The translations under genes were made by a program, and so were the position numbers. DNA of 64,000 bases from a virus. The notes under the pieces are model-generated. The model did not search any database. It was not told the DNA's origin and worked only from the letters and a program-made list of their open reading frames with translations. This document shows positions 54,373 to 62,842 of this stretch, piece after piece (position 1 is the first letter of the stretch; every line of letters starts with the position of its first letter). The stretch lies in IMG/VR virus record IMGVR_UViG_3300046459_000427, positions 32,001-96,000 of that record; one strand, written 5' to 3'.

Positions 54373-54536
54373 TTTCCGCCTCAGCACTTCGCCTATGTCG
54401 CTGCGCCCTGAACCACTTCACCCAGTGAAGACGCTCGCGCACGGTCAACCGGCGAATCTCGCTGAGGCTCCACGCCGGACTTAGTTCGACTAGTTGCTCG
54501 TATTCGAAGTACGTGTCGTGGTAGTTACAGGCCCTG
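54365..54536 (-). CDS. tail chaperone C-terminal extension (no own start codon; probable frameshift product)
   Basis: YFEYEQLVELSPAWSLSEIRRLTVRERLHW in +1 frame relative to upstream gene. Confidence 0.6.
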
Positions 54537-55388
54537 AAACAGGTCCCCCGCACTGATGAAGAGGGGGACCTCCTTTCCGCACGTATCGTGCGTGAACTTG
54601 ACATCATTGTACTGAGGGCCCGGCTGCTTTTCCTCAATGGCATCGAGGATGCGCTTTCGGTCCACGATGCCCAGGGAACGCGCGAAGTCCGGGTTTCCAC
54701 TGACGGCGTTTTCGCTACCATCGGCCTCGACCACGGAAATGAGGCAGCGGGAAATCAGGAGCGTGTTCTGCTCGGATTCCGTGGTGCGCTCGACGATGGC
54801 GAGGATTGCGTCCTGGTCGGCGCCGATGGGAAGTCGGGCGTATGCCTTGCGGCCCTTTCGGAGTTCGACTTCGAAGACGCGGTCGGACGGGTTTGCCAGT
54901 CGGCGGACGGGGATCTCGTCGAGGGTGACGGACAGGCGGAACTCATCACCGCAGTGCGGGCAGGAGTAGCGGTCCCAGACGATCTCCTCGCCGTAGGTCG
55001 CGCGCCGGATCTCCAGCAGCAGCGTGTCGCGGTCGCCGAGCAGGAGGTTGCTGAGCAGCGCGGGGCTGGACTTCTGGTCGCCCACGGAGACGGTGCCGCT
55101 GTCGAGCAGGGTGGAGATGAACTTGCCGATGCCGCCGTTGCGGGCCTTGGTGATGGCCTCTTCATCGGCGCCGGTCAGTTCCCGGACCTCGGCGTCGTAG
55201 CGGGCATTGGTGAAGTCGTTGTCCGAAACGAAACCGCCCGGCAGGCGGAACTGGCCACCTGCCGGGACGGCTATCTCGGGCTTGGCGACCTCGGCCCCCT
55301 GGGAAAGCAATGCCGCGATGGCAGCATTTGCCTGACCAGGGTTGGAGAGAGGGCTGGAGAACCCCTCGGTATGAAGGTCGTTTGCCAC
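54525..55388 (-). CDS. tail assembly chaperone (T4 gp26-like)
   Basis: VRELTGADEE, LLLGDRDTLLLEIRRATYG, CPHC; between tube and tape measure. Confidence 0.8.
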   Translation of the reverse strand: MANDLHTEGFSSPLSNPGQANAAIAALLSQGAEVAKPEIAVPAGGQFRLPGGFVSDNDFTNARYDAEVRELTGADEEAITKARNGGIGKFISTLLDSGTVSVGDQKSSPALLSNLLLGDRDTLLLEIRRATYGEEIVWDRYSCPHCGDEFRLSVTLDEIPVRRLANPSDRVFEVELRKGRKAYARLPIGADQDAILAIVERTTESEQNTLLISRCLISVVEADGSENAVSGNPDFARSLGIVDRKRILDAIEEKQPGPQYNDVKFTHDTCGKEVPLFISAGDLFQGL

Positions 55389-55424
55389 TGGTTTTGCTCC
55401 TAGTCGAGTCGGTCGATTCCGCTA

Positions 55425-55976
55425 TTAGAAACTAACGGAAGACGAGCCGACACTGTTAGCCAACTTGAACTCGAAACCCTCATGGGCGAGGGTCATCTGC
55501 TGGACGATGATCGCATTGGCGCCAGCGTCCAGGTCCGAGAAGGCGACCGCCGTGGGCCACGCGTTGTAGACGCGGAATGCGGCCTTGGCGGGAGTGGTGC
55601 CGGAAGTGACCGGGTGGTCGAGCACCTTGATGTCGATCATGTGCCGGAATTCCGCACCGGCCTTTCCGTTTCCGGTTCCCTGGAGCACGGTGAACAACTG
55701 CCGCATCCAGTCCATCATCTGGGAGTCGCCGACGGCGAGGCCCTTGGAAAGGGTGATCGGTGCGAAGTCGCTCTGCCCCGGCATCTTCTGGGTCGTTGTG
55801 TTCATTCCGCCCTCGCGGTACGGAATCACCTCGGTCGTGACGTTCAGACCCGAAACGGACATGAAGCCCATGCGGGCGAAGCCCTTGATGTCCGGGTGCT
55901 GGATCTGGACCTGGAACTTGAAGTTCCGCAAGGGATCCGTGGCGATGTGTCCGACGGTGGACGTAGTCGTAGCCAT
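55425..55976 (-). CDS. tail tube protein (T4 gp19-like)
   Basis: DPLRNFKF, GFMSVSGL, YREGG, ITLSKG, NAWP, LAHEG. Confidence 0.93.
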   Translation of the reverse strand: MATTTSTVGHIATDPLRNFKFQVQIQHPDIKGFARMGFMSVSGLNVTTEVIPYREGGMNTTTQKMPGQSDFAPITLSKGLAVGDSQMMDWMRQLFTVLQGTGNGKAGAEFRHMIDIKVLDHPVTSGTTPAKAAFRVYNAWPTAVAFSDLDAGANAIIVQQMTLAHEGFEFKLANSVGSSSVSF

Positions 55977-55990
55977 CAGTGGGTTACCTC

Positions 55991-57535
55991 TCAGGAAGTG
56001 GTCGTCGAGTCAGAGGCGGAGGAACCGCCGCTGAACTGGCCGATCTCGATGACGATGAACTCGGCCGGGGTCTGGAGAGCGACGCCGACGGAGATGTTCA
56101 CGACGCCGTTCGCCACCGACGCGGCGGTGTTGTTCGTCGAGTCGCAGACCACGAAGAACGACTGGTCCGGGGTGGTTCCGGCCAGCACACCCGTCTGCAT
56201 CAGGGTGAGCAGGTACTGCGAGATGACGGCGTTGACCTGGTCCCACAGGATCTGGTCGTTGGGCTCGAACACCGCGAAGCGGGTGGCGTCGAGAAGGCCC
56301 TTCTTGACCAGCATCAGCGACCGGCGCACGGAGACGTACCGGTCAGGCATGCCCTGCGACAGGGTGCGGGCGCCGTAGATGACGAAGCCGGTGCCCGGCA
56401 GGGACTTGATGACGTTGATGCCCGCGACGTTCAGCGCATCCTGGTCCGCGTTGGAGAACCGGAACTGCACGTCGAGTACGCCCTTGAGGACGGTGTCGAT
56501 ACCGGCCGGAGGCTTTTGCACACCGCGCGAGGCGTCGGTGCGGCTGTACTGGCCGAGGACCGCGCCACCCGGGGGCAGCAGACGGGCCGAGCCGGAGGCG
56601 GAGGTCGCCGGGTCGTTGACGATCAGCCACGGGCCGTAGACGGCCGCGTAGGACGACGTGCTGATCGCGGAACCACCCGTGGACATGCCCTGGAGGCTCA
56701 GCGCGTAGGAGTGCGCGTTGTCGGCGCTGGTGGCCTTCTCGCCGTCCACGACGACGAAGACGGTGCCCTGCCCCTCGGCCCACTCGATGATCGGGTTGAG
56801 CACGATGGAGTCGTTGACGCCCGGCAGGTTCAGCACCAGGTTGTCCTCGACGATCTCCAGGCGCTGGGTGGCCGTGGCCAGGTCGACCGGAGCCACACCG
56901 TCGGAACCACCGGCCAGCGGGACGCCGGACTGGATCTCCGGAGCGTGGGTGGCGTCCCAGGCGGTGGAGAGCAGGCCCTCGACCTGGATGAAGGCAGAGC
57001 CGGTGACCGGGGAGTTGATCAGCGCCTGCGCGTTGCGGGAGTCGGACGGGTCCAGGGAGACGTCGGTGAAACGCTCCTTGAGGTAGGCGGCCGTCTCTCC
57101 GCCGACGTAGACGTACAGGTCGAACCGGCCGGAGCCGGAGGAGCCCGCCGTGATATCGATGAAGACGTTGTTGCCCCAGGTGCCCGGGGAGATCGCCTTG
57201 ACCTTGAGGGTGGGCTGCGGGGACGCCTCGGTGTCGTCCAGGGTGACGGAGGCCGCGACCGCGTCAGCGGCAGCCGCACGCACGATGTAGGCGCTGTTGC
57301 CACCGTTGTTGAAGAAGGAGTAGACAGCGAACGGGAGCAGGTCGGAGGTGTCCCCGAAGCCGCCGTAGGTGGCCACGTACTGAGACCAGGACGACACCAG
57401 CGTGGGGGCGAGTGGGCCGCCCTGCTTCGAGGTGCCGACGAAGGCCCCGACCGAGTCGCCTGGGGTCGTCGCCGTCTGAGCCAGCGGCGTCAACGTCTCG
57501 CCGATGTACACACCGGGACGCTTGTAGACAGTCAT
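55991..57535 (-). CDS. tail sheath protein
   Basis: YKRPGVYIGE, FFNNGG, YGPW, RGVQKPPAG, YGARTL, YVSVRR, FEPND, PAEFI. Confidence 0.96.
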   Translation of the reverse strand: MTVYKRPGVYIGETLTPLAQTATTPGDSVGAFVGTSKQGGPLAPTLVSSWSQYVATYGGFGDTSDLLPFAVYSFFNNGGNSAYIVRAAAADAVAASVTLDDTEASPQPTLKVKAISPGTWGNNVFIDITAGSSGSGRFDLYVYVGGETAAYLKERFTDVSLDPSDSRNAQALINSPVTGSAFIQVEGLLSTAWDATHAPEIQSGVPLAGGSDGVAPVDLATATQRLEIVEDNLVLNLPGVNDSIVLNPIIEWAEGQGTVFVVVDGEKATSADNAHSYALSLQGMSTGGSAISTSSYAAVYGPWLIVNDPATSASGSARLLPPGGAVLGQYSRTDASRGVQKPPAGIDTVLKGVLDVQFRFSNADQDALNVAGINVIKSLPGTGFVIYGARTLSQGMPDRYVSVRRSLMLVKKGLLDATRFAVFEPNDQILWDQVNAVISQYLLTLMQTGVLAGTTPDQSFFVVCDSTNNTAASVANGVVNISVGVALQTPAEFIVIEIGQFSGGSSASDSTTTS

Positions 57536-57576
57536 CTGTTATCTCCTGTAAGGGGGTGAATTCCTGGGGCTACGAT

Positions 57577-58227
57577 TCAATGTCCCGGTGTCTGTGGTTC
57601 GGTTACGTCTTCCAGGTAGTACTCGAAGTCCAGCGCCACGGACTGGGCCTGCGCATACTGCGTGGCCGTATCCGGAAGCATTTCGCTGGAAACAGAAATC
57701 AGGTACTCGCGACGGAACAGTCGCTTTCCGTCCTCGTCGCGGGTGTCGACCAGCTCGGGGCCGCCGAGCAAGTCCAGACGTCGTACCGTCCCGTCTTCGG
57801 GAATCGTGAGGAATCCGAAGCGGGAGGGAATCCGGTCGTGCTGTGCGAGAGCCGCAGCGAGCGCCATGTCGTGCCAGTAGGTGCGGGTGAAGACGACGAT
57901 CCGGTACCGCAGGTCGTAAGGGATGGGGTACTCGACGATGTACGGCGACTTGGTGACGTCGTAGGACGGTGCGTCGGGGTTCCACCACTTCTCGGCGCCT
58001 TCTGGCGCGTAGGGAAGTCGTACGTGGCCTCGGTGTTCACGCTCGTCGGCCTTGTCGATCCCCGCGTGCTCGATGACGATCAGAGGGAACGTCTGCTTGG
58101 CCAGCTCGCTCTCCGGCACGCGATAGCGCACCGCGACAGCACGGCCGTCGGGTGCGTTCACGTCGGTGACGGTGAGGCCCTGGAGTTTCGCCTTTACGGC
58201 GCGGTCCTCATTGATGAGCCATGGCAT
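57577..58227 (-). CDS. tail completion/terminator-like protein
   Basis: position upstream of sheath; PIPYDLRY. Confidence 0.6.
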   Translation of the reverse strand: MPWLINEDRAVKAKLQGLTVTDVNAPDGRAVAVRYRVPESELAKQTFPLIVIEHAGIDKADEREHRGHVRLPYAPEGAEKWWNPDAPSYDVTKSPYIVEYPIPYDLRYRIVVFTRTYWHDMALAAALAQHDRIPSRFGFLTIPEDGTVRRLDLLGGPELVDTRDEDGKRLFRREYLISVSSEMLPDTATQYAQAQSVALDFEYYLEDVTEPQTPGH

Positions 58228-58305
58228 GCAGCAGGCCTCGCGGGATCTCGGAATGCGGAAGTCTTCCGCAATTCAGGATCTCAAGAAGGATGCCGAAGTT
58301 TGTAG

Positions 58306-58824
58306 TCAGGACTTCTGGGACCATCGAACGAACTGGGCATCGTTGACCAGCTCGTCCGGTTTCATCTGGACGCATTCCAGGCTGACGATGATGTCCCGGT
58401 TCTGGATCTGACCGAGGACGGAAATCGACGTGACCCGAAATACCTCGTCGTCGTAGACGATCCGGTCGGTCAGGTACTTCTCGTGGTCGATGTCCTGGTC
58501 GGAGAATCCCATCTTCCGCAGCGCGTCGAAGGACGCGGTGACGGAGAGGTTGTCCACCGTGTACAGGCCCTGGGTCGTGTCGTGCGCCGGGCCCTGGTTG
58601 TGGATCACGTGCAGGGCGGGGATCCGGTACGGGCCGACGAAGATCCGCCCCTGGCCGGTGCCCTCGTCGTAGAGGTCGTCGCCGTTGGGGTCGGAGTGGG
58701 AGAAGCGGTAGTAATCCACCCGCTCGCCGATCTCGCTCTGGCGCCCGCGCAGGGTCGCCATGATGTCCGTGGTCTCGTAGTTGGCGTTGAACCTGCCGTG
58801 CGTCTTCCAGTCAAGGCGTCCCAC
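58306..58824 (-). CDS. head closure/neck protein
   Basis: DDLYDEG, DRIVYDDEVFRV; synteny. Confidence 0.6.
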   Translation of the reverse strand: MGRLDWKTHGRFNANYETTDIMATLRGRQSEIGERVDYYRFSHSDPNGDDLYDEGTGQGRIFVGPYRIPALHVIHNQGPAHDTTQGLYTVDNLSVTASFDALRKMGFSDQDIDHEKYLTDRIVYDDEVFRVTSISVLGQIQNRDIIVSLECVQMKPDELVNDAQFVRWSQKS

Positions 58825-58826
58825 GA

Positions 58827-59642
58827 TCAGTACCCCCAGGATCCGAAGACGCTGGAGGGGATCCCGGACTCGTCGTCGTTCTGGTGGCCGGGTCCGATGG
58901 GCGGCAGGATCCGCTGCGGCAGGGTGTGCTCGTCGTACTCACGCTCACGGAACAGCGGCACGAGACGGCCGGTCGTACGAGAGACGCGACGCAGGTTGGT
59001 GACCTCGATCGAGTACAGGCCGACGCCCAACTTCTCGCAGAGGGTCTTGTACCGCTCGGTGAGCATGCCGATCTGTGTCTGGATCTGGGCGAAGCGCTGG
59101 CCCCGGTCGACAGAGGTGCCGTCCGAGGTCTGGACGTTGATGTCGGTGGCCGCATCGGTGGACAGCGCCCACATGGCCTCGGTGCACGCGAGGAGAACCA
59201 CGAGGGCGTCCTCCTCGGCCGGGAGGTTGTCGACGCTCACAGGCACCTGGTCGTACTGGAGGAAGCCGTTGGCGTCCTTGTAGCGGGTGGAGACGGTACG
59301 GCCCCGGGTGTGCTGGGCCACAGCGTCGTCCAGGTAGATGTCCAGCTCGTCGTCGGAGAACAGCCCGTACGAGGATCCCGACACCAGCAGCAGTGCGTCG
59401 AGCGCGAGAGGCTGGGTCAGGTCGAGGATGCCGCTCAGGTCGTCGATGACGTAGTCGGTGGGGGTGCTCAGCGTGGTCTGCTGGCCCCCCGAGATATGAA
59501 GTACTTCGAGGCCGGTCACGTTGTTCGCGCTCAGTTCGTACTGTGCGACGTCCCCTGTGCCACGGATGGTGTCGCGGAACGGCTGGAGCCGGTCGCCCAG
59601 CTCGCTGCGTACCCGCGTGCGCAGTTCTTGGAGAGTTGCCAT
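58827..59642 (-). CDS. head-tail adaptor/neck protein
   Basis: LRTRVRSELGD, FSDDELDIYL; synteny. Confidence 0.65.
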   Translation of the reverse strand: MATLQELRTRVRSELGDRLQPFRDTIRGTGDVAQYELSANNVTGLEVLHISGGQQTTLSTPTDYVIDDLSGILDLTQPLALDALLLVSGSSYGLFSDDELDIYLDDAVAQHTRGRTVSTRYKDANGFLQYDQVPVSVDNLPAEEDALVVLLACTEAMWALSTDAATDINVQTSDGTSVDRGQRFAQIQTQIGMLTERYKTLCEKLGVGLYSIEVTNLRRVSRTTGRLVPLFREREYDEHTLPQRILPPIGPGHQNDDESGIPSSVFGSWGY

Positions 59643-59655
59643 CCCGCGACTCCTA

Positions 59656-60075
59656 TCAGGCGTTCAGGGTGAGTGCGCCAGCAGCGATCTGGAGCGATTC
59701 GTTGGTGGCGGCTTGCAGCGGGTCGTCGATGGGCCACACGTAGATGACCTCTCCGGTCGTGCCGGACGCCGTGGTGACCAGGGCTGCGAACTGCGCGGCG
59801 TCGACCATGTCTGCGGTGAACGGGCCGAAGAACAGCAGCGCGTTGTTAGCCGTGGTCATCGGGGAGCCGTCCGGGACGGTCCACACCACCTGCTGGCGCG
59901 CGTAACCGGCCGTCGTGATCTCCGGCAGCGTGGTCATGTCGATCGTGTCGGTGTCACCTCCCGGGTCTGCGATGAGCAGCGCGAGGTAGGTGCTGCGAGG
60001 AGCGGTGTAGGACACCGCCCGGCCGGTGAGGAAGTCGAGGGCCCTACCGGCGTAGATCGCGGTCGTACCGGCCAT
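59656..60075 (-). CDS. virion structural protein (putative)
   Basis: YLALLIADP...GYARQ...; within head-neck cluster. Confidence 0.65.
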   Translation of the reverse strand: MAGTTAIYAGRALDFLTGRAVSYTAPRSTYLALLIADPGGDTDTIDMTTLPEITTAGYARQQVVWTVPDGSPMTTANNALLFFGPFTADMVDAAQFAALVTTASGTTGEVIYVWPIDDPLQAATNESLQIAAGALTLNA

Positions 60076-60374
60076 CAGGCATCAACCTTCTTGAACATGC
60101 GTGTGAAGTCGGACAGGTGGAGGGAGAAGTGCCGAACGGCCTTGCCGGGCGCGTGCGTGCCGCCTTCGGCGAGGACGTGGGTGTCGTGCTCGTAGGAGAG
60201 CAGGACGGAGTCCTCACCAGCGTGGCCAACACCAGCGGTACCAGCCGGGTGTACGTCGACCACGGAGACCACGGAGCCGGTGGGAACGTGCCCCAGCCCG
60301 GCCCCGTGGCCCTCGGCGTTCTCCAGCACGTACGACTCGCCCGAGGTCGGGCTGAGCAGGGCGGGAGTAGTCAT
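60075..60374 (-). CDS. hypothetical protein
   Basis: 99 aa ORF, AAGGAG RBS. Confidence 0.7.
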   Translation of the reverse strand: MTTPALLSPTSGESYVLENAEGHGAGLGHVPTGSVVSVVDVHPAGTAGVGHAGEDSVLLSYEHDTHVLAEGGTHAPGKAVRHFSLHLSDFTRMFKKVDA

Positions 60375-60395
60375 GGGATAGGTCTCCTTGGACCG

Positions 60396-60773
60396 TCAGT
60401 GCCAGATGTAGCCGAGGCCGTCGAGGTGGTCGTAGAGAGCCTTCGGCGCCTTGTAGCGCACGCCCTCCTCGAAGTCGAAGTGGTTGCCGTGGCCGAAGGT
60501 CATGTTCTCCAGCGAGGTGTTCACGCGGAACTCTCGCATGGGGGTCTCGACCTCGACGGCGTCGGACACCGCGATGGGCGCCGGAGCGGGGGCGGGGCGC
60601 ATGTCCTTGGGGACGACCTCGTGGACGGTGTCGTCGCGCTCGGCTGCGGCCTGGGCGTTGATGAGGGAGATCTCGTTCTCGCGCGCCTTCAGTTCCTCGG
60701 CGTGCTCCTTGGCGAGGGAGGCCTTGTTGCGTCCGGTCAGGTCACCGGGACGAGCGACATTGCGTGCAGGCAT
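60396..60773 (-). CDS. hypothetical protein
   Basis: 125 aa ORF, GGAG RBS. Confidence 0.75.
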   Translation of the reverse strand: MPARNVARPGDLTGRNKASLAKEHAEELKARENEISLINAQAAAERDDTVHEVVPKDMRPAPAPAPIAVSDAVEVETPMREFRVNTSLENMTFGHGNHFDFEEGVRYKAPKALYDHLDGLGYIWH

Positions 60774-60831
60774 TATGAATTCTCCGGGTTCGGGACTCGT
60801 TTACGTGAAGCGGTACTACTCTAACGAGGAA

Positions 60832-60867
60832 GGGGAGCGGTTCTGGTAATCCAGAAAACCGCTCCCC
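60832..60867 (-). terminator. hairpin terminator after major capsid gene
   Basis: GGGGAGCGGTT / AACCGCTCCCC inverted repeat. Confidence 0.75.
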
Positions 60868-60934
60868 TAACCACGTGGACTAGCCGGTTGCCGCGACTAC
60901 CAACTCAACTTGCATTCCTTTCGGAATGGCAGGC

Positions 60935-61927
60935 TCAGTTGGTCTCCGCGATCAGGACGGCCTGGTCGGTGATGAGGCCGAGGCCCCAAATCGCGTACCA
61001 CGCCAGGGCGTGCTCTCGGCCGAAGTCGAGAATTCCGCCGTCACGCAGTTCGACCGGAAGCGAGATCGCGTGGCCGAATGCGTTGTCGCCCAGGAAGATG
61101 GACTGGTAGACCGTCTTGCCGGTGGCGTTGGTGACCTGCTTGACCTGGGTCGTCTCGATGAAGACGACGTCGTTCAGGCGGCCGATCTCGCCCAACATGA
61201 AGTTCCCCGGCGCGGCGTACTTGGTGACCTCGATGAACTCAGGGTCATCGCGCAACTTGCGGGACTGGTGCGGGTGGACGAAGCAGACGTAGGTCTCGCC
61301 CAAGCGCGGGACGTTCTTCGTCGCCAGGGTCTCGACGGCGTCCTTGACCAGCGCGGCGGTGAAGTCGAACTGACCGGTCAGGCCGTCGGTGGAGGTGGCA
61401 GCGGTGCCGTGGTCGTACGGCGACAAGATGGTACGGGTCGCGTTCGCCGTGGTGTCGAACTTGTTGTAGCCCCAGATCTTCGAGGAGGCCTGGAGCAGGG
61501 TGTCCCTCGCGGAGGCATCCAGGTAGAGAGCCATGTTGCGGCCCAGCAGGCGGGAGGCCGACGCCATGACGTCGTCGAAGGAGGCGTTGAGCAGGAGTTC
61601 GGAGACGGCGACGGCGTAGCCGTGCTCGGCGACCGTGATGGAGAACTGAGAGGCCGACAGGGCGTTGGTCTGCATGCGGACGCCTTCGACCAACTGCGAG
61701 GCAGCGCCGAGGTTGTTGTAACGCATGAAGTTGATCGTCAGACCGGGCTGAACGCCCAATTCGGTCTTCTTCACCGCGAACTGCTCGAAGCGGAGAATCG
61801 GCATGGACTGGAACAAGATCTCCTTGCTCCAGATGGTCTGGATGGCCGCACCGAGAGTGCTGTTGGCGCCCGAGTAGTTCGTCGGGGAAGCCGACAGGTT
61901 CGGGGTACCAGTGATCGCGCTTGGCAT
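60935..61927 (-). CDS. major capsid protein
   Basis: 330 aa after scaffold; LRFEQFA, YVCFVHPHQ, GEIGRL, DFGREHALAWY. Confidence 0.9.
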   Translation of the reverse strand: MPSAITGTPNLSASPTNYSGANSTLGAAIQTIWSKEILFQSMPILRFEQFAVKKTELGVQPGLTINFMRYNNLGAASQLVEGVRMQTNALSASQFSITVAEHGYAVAVSELLLNASFDDVMASASRLLGRNMALYLDASARDTLLQASSKIWGYNKFDTTANATRTILSPYDHGTAATSTDGLTGQFDFTAALVKDAVETLATKNVPRLGETYVCFVHPHQSRKLRDDPEFIEVTKYAAPGNFMLGEIGRLNDVVFIETTQVKQVTNATGKTVYQSIFLGDNAFGHAISLPVELRDGGILDFGREHALAWYAIWGLGLITDQAVLIAETN

Positions 61928-61962
61928 ACTGTGAATTCCTTAGTTACGGGTACTCGACCGAA

Positions 61963-62829
61963 TTACGAGTACAGTCCACGCTGGTTCTGGGCTGCCTGAC
62001 CGACGCCCAACTGGCCCCGAATCTTGGCGTACTCCGACATCGGCATGTTCTGAAGGTCAGAAAGGGAGTACGACTTGTGCCCCGGATCAGTGTCCATAGG
62101 TCCGGTGGTGGAATAGCCGGTGGGGCTCACACCACGCATGGAGGCTCGCTGCTGAATAGCGGCCTGCTGGACCGACTCCAGGATAGCCTGGGTCTTCGCC
62201 TTGACTGTATTGAGCGAGTTCTCGACTTCCTCCGGCGTATTACCGCCGACGAAATCGAGGAGTTCCGGAGCGATATTCTCGCTCTCCTCGCCGACACGTC
62301 GCTGGATGTACGTCTGGAGGTTGTTGAACTCCTGCTCCTTCTGGAACAGAAGACGCTCCTGCTCGCGCTCCGTCTCGAACTGCTGGAGACGGGAGTTCCA
62401 CTCCTGCTCCTTGACCGCGAGGAGTTCCTTGGCCGACAGGTCTTCCTCGGCCTTGGCCTTGGCGACCTCCTGGGCCTGGCGCTGACGCTCGGCCTCCTGA
62501 GCCTGCGCGGCCTCACGGGCCTTGCGCTGCTCTTCGATCTCGGCGAGGAACGTCTTGTTCTGCTCCTCCACGTTCTGGAGGCGCTTGTACAACTTGTCCT
62601 TCTCCTCCTGCCGCGCCTTCTGGATGTCCTCGGCAGTGAAGCGAGGCTCGGCGGGCGGGGTCGCAGGCGGCTCGACGACAGCGGCCGGGACGACGATGAC
62701 GGGGTCGCCACCCTCACCGGGCTGCGGAGCACCACCTGCGATGGAGTAGATCGGGCGGCCGTCCTTGCGGTGGCCGAGGATCTCGTGGTTACGGGCCTGC
62801 TCGGAGAGGCCGGAAGTATGAAGCGTCAT
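61963..62829 (-). CDS. capsid scaffolding protein
   Basis: coiled coil, FTAEDIQKARQEEKDKLY, ends MPMSEYAKIR; between portal and capsid. Confidence 0.8.
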   Translation of the reverse strand: MTLHTSGLSEQARNHEILGHRKDGRPIYSIAGGAPQPGEGGDPVIVVPAAVVEPPATPPAEPRFTAEDIQKARQEEKDKLYKRLQNVEEQNKTFLAEIEEQRKAREAAQAQEAERQRQAQEVAKAKAEEDLSAKELLAVKEQEWNSRLQQFETEREQERLLFQKEQEFNNLQTYIQRRVGEESENIAPELLDFVGGNTPEEVENSLNTVKAKTQAILESVQQAAIQQRASMRGVSPTGYSTTGPMDTDPGHKSYSLSDLQNMPMSEYAKIRGQLGVGQAAQNQRGLYS

Positions 62830-62842
62830 GAAAGACGAACTC

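Larger units (their letters stand above)
4439..62823 (-). repeat. dispersed oriented 7-mer CTTCATA (consensus GCTTCATACC), 27 copies
   Basis: TATGAAG on + at 4439, 5959, 6603, 8394, 9976, 11623, 12889, 16234, 17868, 21088, 22275, 22948, 27243, 28025, 28767, 29649, 32191, 32573, 34418, 35151, 37169, 37549, 39128, 48627, 55370, 59495, 62817. Confidence 0.95.

Noticed and set aside
45547-55866. CATGAAG at about 45547 and 55860 as motif copies
   Set aside because: One is a start-codon context and the other is TTC ATG in a different frame using common codons; not counted.
4439-62823. LHT as a purely protein-level motif
   Set aside because: The third residue varies (T/I/M) while the nucleotides CTTCATA are fixed, two copies are intergenic, and other Leu-His pairs use CTG CAC.
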